Origin: Blasia pusilla
Taxonomy: Eukaryota
Assembly (NCBI GenBank): GCA_050084515.1
Contig: CM114271.1
Span: 4,898,001-4,962,000, forward strand
Direction: 5' to 3'
DNA: 64,000 nucleotides
How positions within the stretch are numbered: the stretch's first letter is position 1; each line of letters starts with the position of its first letter. Under the pieces are notes generated by a model. The model had not been told where the DNA came from. It made no database searches and was given only the letters and a program-made list of their open reading frames with translations. The position numbers were made by a program, and so were the translations under genes. This document shows, piece after piece, positions 42,011 to 52,569 of this stretch.

Positions 42011-43366
42011 TGTGGACTATGCTCTAAACATCCATTAACTCTTTCTCATCTCATGCTACCCTTATATTTTCACCTTCTGGTTATATATGAATAATTAGAT
42101 TTATGTATTTTTAATAGCAAATATGGATGGAAAATAAGTCTAGATTTAATAGCAAATCATGAAGAAGTCCAGATTCCTTCATGAAGGACGGTGGATGTGG
42201 TTTGATGACAATATGCAAATTCAAGAATCGAATTGGTCTTGTGTGTCAATTTTAATTCTGTTTTGTTATATGGTCTCGATATACAGGTATGAGTATATTT
42301 TTTTGTGTACATTCACCCGTGTGTTGGAAAGATTAATGGTATTTTTTTTCTAAATGTGGAGAATGATGTAGATTTCATAGTCATATGTGTGCACAAGATA
42401 TCTCTCCATGTACAAGCCCCCTCACTAGATCTTTACAAATACAAAATCTTTTCCTAATATATATTAATAAATTATAATGTATCATCAACACTATGCATCC
42501 TCACTTGCATTGATTTATTATGGTTGCAAAAATTAATAGGATTTTTAAAATAAAAGGGTTGCTCCATAAATATTTCTTAGTTCCAGTTTGCTCGAAACCA
42601 TCATCATCATCATCATCATCATTGTCATGCGCATACACATTGCTGGTCACATCTACACAAAAAAAACCCGGATCTTCCAAACATACGGATAGATCCATAC
42701 ATATAAGAAATGAACTAATGTATGTACGTGAAGACCGAGCAACAAAAATCAGAGTAAAAATGGCTCACCCAGGCCTAAAACTCCACTCATGATTCTACAT
42801 CAACATATTGAGCGGCTTCGAGCCTCGTCCACCCTCCGCTATGAGGAAATCCGAACACTAACACCCTACTTCCTACCTCATACAAGCAAGAGAGGTGCTC
42901 CAACCGCCCAACATGAGAAAGATGGCTTGAGAAAGCCATGTTTCTCCATTACATAGCTTTGAGAAGAGCTAAAAGGCTTTTTCCCTAAAAATAGCCAACT
43001 CGCCGATAGCATCCATGCATAGGTTACCGGCTGGCCCTTGACCTGATCAATATGTCACGAGATGACAAAGACCAAAGATAGGAAAATTTCTAGAAAGAAT
43101 ATTCCCGAAATATCGAATCTGACATCAACTTAATCGGACATCGCAGGACTAAGTTACACCCAACACTCCGCTGGCTTGCTTTGTCATCCATGCGGTAGAA
43201 CTCTACGTGGCAGTAAACTAAGATGTGTCATCATGCTCTCTGTCGTGCGCATACACATCGCTACACAACATACATCGTTATCAACAAAATACACACAAAC
43301 ATGCACGATTCCATGCTTACTTATGACATCCAAACAACGAGATAAGAAGTACCAAAATATCTCCAA

Positions 43367-44578
43367 TAAAATAAGGTCAAATCTCTCTCACAACACCATA
43401 ACTCTCACATGTACATGTGTGCACTCTCATATGTCTCTCTCAATGTCAAATCAAACCCACTCTCCTAATGAGAGGCTTGGGTTACACTCACAAGGCAAGG
43501 GACGATAACTCTGCTGCCTCGTGCCAAGAGGTTCAACAAAGAGAAAATGAGCTCTCAATCTCTCTCTCTTGGAGGTATATCCCCTTCCCTCTCCCAAGCT
43601 CTCTCCTCGGTAACCTATGCTCGCAGGTCACCTCCTTGGATCTTGAACTTAGGAGTAGTTGAGCAACGTTATTTGAGGATGCGACATATGAGATCTGTTT
43701 TGTTGGTGAGCCCCATGCCTACCGAGATGGTTGAGGCAGTGGCTGGGGGCGAGACCCGAGGAGATCGACACACCAAGGGCGATCAAGAGAGAGATCCTTG
43801 GACTTCTTGGGATGTTTTGCAAGTACGCAGGGAGATGGTAGCCACACCATCAAGCGTGGTTCTGGGATGGAGATCCAATTTTGGAGTTGGTAGCAGGTTA
43901 GGAGTCGAGTTTTGTTGTCCGAGATGGGATTGCACCAAAAAAACCACCGACACCCGCGCCGTAGAGTCCTATTGTAGTCACAATGGAGACTTGCGAGCCA
44001 GATATGGGCCCTAAGTTGACAGGAGGAGAGCGGCGCCGGATACACCAGTTCCTTAGGAGTTATAGGAGTTGATTAGCAGTTGCAGACAAAGATAGAGGCT
44101 ACTTCACGCATTCCACGCCCTACAGATGTGAGTCTAGTTCGTGCATTCATGGGATTGGCGAACTTCTATCGACGGTACGTCAAGGGTTTGAGCTCGATTG
44201 CGAAGCCATTGACCTTGCTGACCAAGGTGGATTAGGAGTGGCATTGGGGGGATGAGCCAAAGAGAGCATTTCAGATGCTCAAGGAGAGATTGACGTCCGT
44301 GCCCATTTTGAGAAGATAGATTAGGGGGCATGCTTTTAAGTTGCATACGGCTCAAGGGCCAATTCCCAAAGTGGAAATTCAACTATACTTCAAATGGAAA
44401 CTTACCCAAAATAGTAAGTTTCTATATATGGCTCCAAATAAGCCGAAATAAAGGGAAAATTTGCTCTCTCAGGTTACCCGTGGCCTCAACAGGTCATTCT
44501 TGACCTCATGAGGCTATCCTCTAGTATCTCTATAGGCACTCTACCAGATCTCGCCGATCTATCCTAAAAGTCGTTACA
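43367..44578. mobile_element. LTR (homologue of 58569-59087) split by a ~700-bp pol fragment at 43645-44347
   Basis: 43367-43644 and 44348-44578 align to the two halves of 58569-59087; ends in GTTACA. Confidence 0.85.
43645..44347 (+). mobile_element. DNMT-gypsy pol fragment (post-MTase linker fused to the RT C-terminus)
   Basis: Inverted homologue of 48100-48520 and 47130-47370; reads VRAFMGLANFYRRYVKGLSSIAKPLT. Confidence 0.85.
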
Positions 44579-44889
44579 ATCGTCGTGCGTATACACATCG
44601 CTACACGACATACATTGCAGTCAACGAACATACACAAAAACACGCACAATCCCATGCTAACTCATGACATCCAAACAACGAGACAAGAAGTACCAAAATA
44701 TCTCTAATCGTGCCCCTCGCTGATGGTTAGGTCCCTCTAACTCCAGATGGCGATTTGTCCCTACCTACCATGATATACATCTCTCGGACGCTAAGAGAAA
44801 AAATGCAGGGTGCTCATATGACCCCATCGTTAGTCGCCTTCTTGTCATCCATGTCATAGACACAAGTCAAAATTTAGAACTACCTACTC

Positions 44890-45035
44890 TATGTACATCT
44901 GGGACACATCCATCGTTCCTAAGGGACCCTAGTGGGAGGTGGCGTCAGACATGCCATATGCTATCCTCTCGAACAACCATCATAGACTATTATAGTGGCT
45001 ACACCACGGGCGGAACCACACAACATACATCGTAA
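44890..45035 (-). pseudogene. PHD finger at the pol C-terminus
   Basis: CMLCGSARGVATIIVYDGCSRG*HMACLTPPPTRVP*ERWMCPRCT*: C4HC3 pattern with one Cys replaced by Tyr. Confidence 0.85.
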
Positions 45036-46064
45036 GCTTGCACGAACTACTACTAAGCTCAGATCAACTGTATCGTCAATGTTAGGAAGGTGACATGGCG
45101 CACAGTTACGCACATGGTCCTTCCAAGCCATAGCATCGCGTCCCTCCAATAAGAGAACACTAGATGGAAAAATATCACGCACTCTCAAGATGGTGTGCCC
45201 TACAGTCACATCCAACATCGTGGATGCCATCTGCTACAAGTAGACATAGTCTCCCTGATGAAACCTTCGGACAGTAGGTCGATAACGACCTCCTTGAATA
45301 GTCGCATACCTCAACATAACCCGATGCTGCGCAATCGCCAAGTTCTCAAATGCCATGGGCGTCACTCTCCGAAACAACCAAGCCCTCTGAGAACATGCTC
45401 GCATCCATACATTAGGATCATCAAGGTTCGACACCTCACCAACATCTCGACGAATGCCGTAGGTAAATTTGGCTCTTGGCCATAAAGTAGAAAGTAAGGT
45501 GAGAAAGACGCTAAGGATGCCTGCGTGCTGAATGTGTATCCCATCGCCAACCACGGTAATTGGAGGTCCCAATCTGCTAGGTGAACTCTCTACAAGCCAT
45601 ACTTGCATAAACCTCCCTGCTTCGTCTCCAGAACCCTCTCCGCTAGTCCATCTGGTTCAGGATGATCTCACGAAGTGATGCAGTGTTCGATCAACGCCTA
45701 ATCACACAAGGCGTGAAACGCTTCGTGAAACTTTATACCCTGGTCTGTCAACACCTCAACTGGTCTGCCGTAATGACTCAAAACTCCCTCACTCTCTTTG
45801 TCAAGAAATGCCACCAACTCTATCCACTTCAAGAAGTGCTCGACCATCACCAACACATAACGACTATGGCGCTCCGTCAAAGGTAAATCCAAATTCCATC
45901 TATTACCTAAACCCATGATCGGAAGTGGATGCAACTGTGGAGTCGGAGCATTGAACGATGCCTAGACCCAATCACAAACCATGCATCTGGAAACAAACTA
46001 TTGAAAGTCAATCTGCATGCCTCGCCACCAATATTCACTCCAAAATGACCCAACTCCTCGTGGG

Positions 46065-46376
46065 CAAGGTTTCATGTGGACAAAGTCCATGTCCATGGAC
46101 TTATTTCCATCCTATGGAAGGACTTGTTTGTATGGGCCCCACCTTTCTCTTCTTTCTCATTCCCCTTATTTGCCTTCGTATTCCATACTTCCCCATTTCT
46201 TCCTCCCTCCACCTCCACTCCCTCCTCCCTCATTGCTCCTCCCATGCTTGCCTTGCCTTCCATCATGGATTAAAAGTGTGGATCCTACCTCTTGGAACCC
46301 ATGTCCGTGGATATGTCCAGACTTGTCCATCCATGTCCGTCCTGAGGAAGGACTTGTCCGTTTTTTTGCATCCATT
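46065..46376. mobile_element. Non-autonomous DNA transposon (hAT-like MITE) inserted in the integrase
   Basis: Direct repeat CTCGTGGG(CA) at 46057 and 46377. Removing the insert restores VHHAHEELGHFG. Imperfect TIR CAAGGTTTCA / TGCATCCATT; internal GTCCATGTCC motifs. Confidence 0.8.
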
Positions 46377-48519
46377 CTCGTGGGCATGATGCACCAAATG
46401 TGCTCTTTGTGAAAGATGAGGCACTACATGTACTCTACCATCCTCCTAAACTCACAACACATGTGTCCCCTTCCATTGGAACTGTCAGGCTTGGTGTAGG
46501 ATCTGATCTCACTCTCTAGCATCCACTTTGCTCGCGATGCTACCATTACATAGGTACTCCAAGACTACTCCATCGTCGTGAATATCTCGGCCACCTGTCG
46601 TCTCCTCACCGGCCTCTGGATCGAAGGACTCTCCATCAGACCTCGCCATCAAAGTCTCAGCAATCTGGCTCTCTATAACCAACACGCCCAAAAAGGCTGA
46701 CGCATGCCATCATGGCACCAACTCCTCATCACCCTCACTATGCCAACGAGCTCCAGTTGCATCTTGCTGACTCGGGCATGGGTTACGTCTCAAACCATGT
46801 GCATCCTAGTTGAGCATCCCAAGTCTATGCACCACTTGGAAGTCATACTCCTGCAACAAAAGAGGCCACCTTGCAAGCTTCCCTATAAGCTTGTCCGACT
46901 CCATCAACCACTTAAGTGGCTGATGATCAGTAATGATGGTAAAGGGGTTGCCAAATAGATAACACCTAAATGTGCGACAGCCCACGTCGCAACCAAACAC
47001 TCATCCTCATACAAGCTATACTTAGCCTTTGTAGCGTTGTTCAAGCGACTAGCTTAAGCCACCATGAACTCTCTACCATCATCGTCATGTTGGATGAGCA
47101 TGGCTCCAAGCCCCAACATGCTTGAATCGGTATACAACTAGAACAGACGCCCCTTGATCGGTCTCCTCAATATGGGCGCGAAAGTCAATCTGTCCTTGAG
47201 CAGCTGATCTCCCCTACTCATCCCCCCAGTGCCACTCCTAATCCACATCGGTCAGTAAGTTTAGCGGCTTTGCAATTGAATTGAAACCCTTAACGTACCA
47301 ATCCCATGAATGCACAAACTCGACTCACATTTGTAGGGCATGGAATATGTAAAATAGCCTATACCTTCATCTCATGCACACGAAGGCCACTTCGGTATAG
47401 CGTATGACCCAAATTCTCAATGAGGTAGTAGATGAACTTGCACTTGCCTGGATGTAGCTGCAGCCCATGTAACTGCAATCGTCAAAACACCTCCTCTAGA
47501 TGTCGCTCATGCTCCTCAACCGTGGCGCTAAAGACTACGATGTCATTAATATAACACCTACCAAAATCCAAACTTGCCAAGATCCTATCCATGACCCTCT
47601 GAAACTCAACCGGAGCATTCTTTAACCTAAATGGTAAGAACCGCCACTGGTATAAACAATGCTTCCCGTGAGGATCGACGTCCCAAAATACCGTCTTCTG
47701 CATGTCCTCCAATCTGATAGGCAGTTGATGGATCCTGCTCGAAGATCTAGGGAACTAAAGACCTTTGCATGCCCAACAACATCAAAGATCTCCTCACGGA
47801 TGGGCATGGCATACCTATCGGACTTCATCTGCTGATTGATAGGTCGGTAATTTCCACACATCCGCCTATCCGACTAGTTGCCATGCACATCCTTCTTGGC
47901 GGGCATGACAATGGGAGATGCATACTCTCCATGCGACATCTCCACTAGTCCAGATCTAACCAAGTCCTGGATCCTACTCTGAATCAGAGCACTCTCTATG
48001 TCATTGTACCTATAGGAATGTTGGAAGATCGGCGTGTCACACGCCAACTCAATGCGGATCCCTAGACCCTTTAGGGTACCCAAAACATGCATGTTAAATG
48101 CAAAATGACTCCTATGACTCTTAGGGAATTGGTGTATCCGGCACCACTCTCCTCTTGTCAACTTAGGGCCCATATTTGGCTCCTAAGTCTCCATCGTGAC
48201 TACGGTAGGACTCTCCGATGCGGGTGTCGGTGGTTGCTGTGGTGCAACCCCGTCTCGGACAATAGAACTCCGCTGCCTCCCTACAGCCAACTGCAAACTC
48301 TGATCTCCACGTGCAGTGCCCGCAACCACGCTCGATGATGTGGCTCCCATCTCTTGGCGTCTAAGGGTGTCTCTCCCGATCACCTCTGGTGTGTCGATCT
48401 CCTCAAGTCTCGCCCCCAACCACTGCTTCAACCGTCTCGGTAGGCATGGGGCTCACCAACGCAACAATTGTGATCTGTTTCATCCTCAAATGATGTTGCT
48501 CAACCATTCATGAGCTGAA

Positions 48520-49490
48520 AATCCATGTCAAATAGTTCAGATCCATCGCTTGACCCAAGACATGAGGTCGTGATGCCTCTAAGAGTGACGGTATTGCCGT
48601 CACTCTTGTGGGGAATCCCATTGCTAGCTCTCGCTCATCCGCGTTGGGCTCCACCAACCGTTGTATGTGGTCATCCCAAACCTAGCCAGGTCCGGCCTCC
48701 TTGAATGCATAGGAAGCGGGAAAACTCACCAATGGGGGAAAGGCTGCTCGTGGCATGCTAATCTTGTTGACCACAGTAAATGGTGGTCGATCATTGTGCC
48801 TCATTGTCTGTGATCGACAACCTGGATCCAGAAATGAATCCACCAACAAATCGGAGAGGTGCTCCACTCTCGCATATGCCCTCCAAAAACCTCTTGTATC
48901 ACCAAGTTGGTCCACCAAAGACGCGGGCGATGTGCTCGTGAGCCTTCACTTGTCGCATCCAACAACACTGTCGGGCCGATCCATACGCGCACCTAATGTG
49001 CACTCGTCACTACGCGGGACCTCGAATCATCCAAAATTGGCACATTCTCCAGAAATTTTGTTGGAGAACGTGAACAAGAATGTGAACGAGAGTGATGCTC
49101 TTGTAAGTGTTGCAAGATCCGCATCATCTCCCCAAATAACCTGGACCGAGAGTTTGCTAACCCGCTACCTCGTCCAACACTCGATTGGCCCTAACACGGC
49201 CAACCAGCAATGACCAAGTCTATGGTCCCTACCTGCTCCAAGTCCTACGCCCCCAACAAGGAAATGTCTCTCGATAGGGAACTCTGGTAACCCTGGATGG
49301 AGGACGCAGAGAACAAGTCGGGAAATCGCAGGCGTAACTGCGCCACATGGTGAAGTAAAGCGTTCCTTGCAACATCATCAATCTTTATGTACAAGTACTG
49401 CTGCACGCACACTCATGCCTGCAAAACAACAGCTAAGCCAGTGTTGATCCTCCCAAAGAGATCCAACACGCAAATATCCTCCTCTGGGAT
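48520..49490 (-). pseudogene. C5-cytosine DNA methyltransferase domain (DNMT3-like) within retrotransposon pol
   Basis: Motif I VLDLFGRINTGL (~49436-49469); IV IDLVIAGWPC*G (49191-49223); VI FLENVP (49038-49055); VIII RAHRPRLWWTNL (48903-48938); IX ERELAMGFP (48609-48636); X LGQAMD (48541-48559). Confidence 0.9.
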
Positions 49491-52400
49491 GCATCACCAA
49501 TCGGAGTGGTGTCCAAAGGGATCATAGTAGCACTTCTCGCTACCTCGGATTCCTCTGACCCGTCACCCTCTAGTGCAAACACCTCACTCCACGGTGTCTA
49601 CACATGCTCATCAAATAAACGTTAGAGCTCCTCAATGGAGCCCTAGAGCGGCACCTCTCCTCCATGGGATGATGCGGCTACCATAACACTCCTCTCCCTA
49701 GAGAGTTGAGGCACGCAGATGTCCTCTATATGGACATGCCCTTCAATCAAATCAGAAGGCCACGTGATGGCGATGCTAAAGTTGCCATCTCTCCTAGCCG
49801 TCGCTCGATCACTCCACATGTGAATTGAACGGTAATGAAGAAAGGCATCCATCAACGGAATGCCATCCCGGTTTGTAGGACACTCACTCCTCCTAGTAAT
49901 CCAGGGAAAACCCAATCGGGCCACTATTGCCTTGGCTTGCACCACAAACTGTAGAATGTCTCGAGCGAATCCTCACCACAACCTCATGTGGGTGATATAC
50001 TGTATGGTACTCGCTCCATCCAAGGATGTCTGTATCCGGAATGGACAATGCTCCATATCGGCTCTCGTCAAGCCCAATCCTCTCAATGCCGCTTTCCCCA
50101 ACATCAAGGTTGCGATCTTGAATCCAATAGGACATGCTACGGACTAAAAACTCGACCTCCTTGACTCACCAAGTGGAAGACCTCTCCTTGATTATCTAGC
50201 AACACAACACGAGGAGAAGCCATGGCACGCTCTATCGTGGGTCTAGCGGGGATCTCCGCCATCCTAGCAGTTGCAGCCTGCCATGAATCTGACGTGGATG
50301 GCCCAAGGATAAGCTCTAAGGGCGGGTTCATCACTTCCTCTACAATCACCCTTGAGTGTGACGCCTGAACATCAACTCCACGCTCACATAGCTTAGCGGC
50401 CATAAAACCTCGGTGGGCGTACCTCCCAACATCATAAGATCGGAAGCAGATAATAAAGGAGCGCGGTACACAACAATGGCCATCCCCAACAACGTGCTCG
50501 ACACATGCTCCTCCTGAGCATCAGCAATAGGAGTCGTCACACTCGCTTCTCCCATCGCCCTTTGTGCCTACACACCAACAACATTAACAACTCCCCGGGA
50601 AGTGTGATTAGGACACATCGATGGGGTCCTCATTGCCTCGGACAATGTGAAAGACTAAGGAAGCCTAGTATGTTTCGTGGCTTCCCCTCATTGTGGATCC
50701 AACTCTGCGGCTGCTCCACGTGTAACAAGTGTGGCGGTCTCCATATGGGCAACCTCGCACATCCAACGAGGATCCTCCATATCTCTTGCTACTCCATAAG
50801 ACGTCGATGCCACAGATCTGGCATCGGGTAGCCTCAATGCCATAGCGACAATCTGTTGTTGTAGCTATTGTATCTGAGCAGCCATCCCAGCCTCACGCAT
50901 CGCGTCTCCCTCAATGCATCTAGGTGGTGGGACTCTACCTCCTCCACGGGCAACTTCACCACTCCCTCGGGAAAATCCAACTCCTCGTTCCCTAACGGGC
51001 CCACCTGGTGCACGACCTCTAGGCCCACTCGGACCGGCAACTCGCTGTGGTGCCCTCTCTTTCCCTCGGTCCGGACGTAACTCCGGGTGTAAGGTGAAAC
51101 ACCTGGCGCATGTGTAACCGTATCTCTGAAAGTAATTACACTGATAATCTCCTAGTGCAGCACCATCTCCTGCTCCATGCTGAGGCACGCGTCCATGACC
51201 CTGACGGGTGCAATCGAGCTAGTGATGGGTTCCACCACATGCCCAACAAATAATCATAAGCGGCTGCTGCTGAGCCGCATATGAAGGCGCTAGTCTCTGT
51301 GGCACGGCCTATTGGTATCCTCCCTAAGCTCCTCGTGCCACAGACCTATCTCAGAATCCACATTGCTGCACTGATGGTGTAGGCAATGGTGACTGCTCTC
51401 GCCCAGAACTTGTGGTGGCTATGCTCTCCTCCGCCATGTTGCGCTCAATATTTTCAACGGTCCTAAAAACATCTCTTAATGTAGTGAGGTGTTCATAAGA
51501 AGCACCCCCTCCCGCACCAGTGTCCGTAGGGTTCGGTCGAGCATTGTGTACCATGATTGGATAGTCTGGGACTCTGTCACCCCCTTAGTGACGTTAATCA
51601 ACCGGCGCAAGCGAGTGTAGGCCTCACCCAAATTCTCACTCGGGCGCCTCTGGAAGTCATGGATGCTCCGCAACTTCTCTGTCAGTACTCGTGGTAGCTC
51701 GTCTGCAACTCAGCAAAGAACGCATTCAGTCGAGTTCATCCCAGGTTGAACCTGGGATGAACCCGACTGGACAGTGCAAGTACTCCAATACGAGTTATTC
51801 CTTCTAAGACATTACTGGTGGAAGAGGAGGTAGCCTCTCCTGACCCCTCCTCCTAATGTAGGAACGGCTCCGTCCATGACACATAGTGTGGGTCATAGTA
51901 GAATCGCCATGCCTCAATCTCGTGGGCATATCTGTCGGAGAACTCATGGTGATCGTCCATGAGTGTCCCCTTTAGGTGCTACAACATATCGTTCCATGTT
52001 GTAAACGGGTTGAACTCTCTAGAGTTCCTAGCGTGCTGTGAGTCACACCAACTCCTTAACTCCGTAATGAAGTCGTGTAACTCTATAGTGCCTATAGCAC
52101 CTAAAAACCTACGCAATCCTCTACCCCCTCATCCATCTCGTACTCCCAAGCGGTAGGACCACTAATTGTGTGCGGTGATGCACTAACACACTCCTCTACA
52201 CTCTCCCCCTTGTCTAAATATGACACAGAAGGAGGTCGAGGTCCACCACCTTGCCTCTCAAAGTCCCAAAAGGACGCCATGATGACCCTCATGCCGCTCT
52301 GACGCGATCACTCTCAACCTGGCAAGTAATCACTCAAACTAACATACGGCAATCAATCTACACTCTCTCACTGAGAAGTGTACTGTACGGCAACAAGCAG

Positions 52401-52569
52401 CATGATGCGGCAAATCAACTAGTGTCTTATCATCTCATGAACAACACATACCCTCAAGTCTAGACACCCCACACAAGTTTATGTCCCCTAAACCCATACG
52501 TCAACAATGCTCTTAGTATCTGCACGAAACCCAATATCCTAAATAACTACCTAATACCTAGAATTCCCT

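Larger units (their letters stand above)
44579..52300 (-). mobile_element. DNMT-gypsy copy 2: gag-protease-C5 DNA methyltransferase-RT-RNase H-integrase-PHD (degenerate)
   Basis: Gag ~52250-50850; protease VLLDS ~50120; MTase 48520-49490; RT YASPIVMPAKKD..MCGNYRPIN..PFRLKNAP..YINDIVVFS; RNase H FTIITDHQPLKWLM; integrase VHHAHEELGHFG, VLTDQG; PHD 44890-45035. 5' LTR not found. Confidence 0.92.

Noticed and set aside
48520-49490. Host DNMT3/DRM gene or bacterial contaminant methyltransferase
   Set aside because: Intronless, colinear with protease and RT, and the protease-MTase junction recurs in two other copies.
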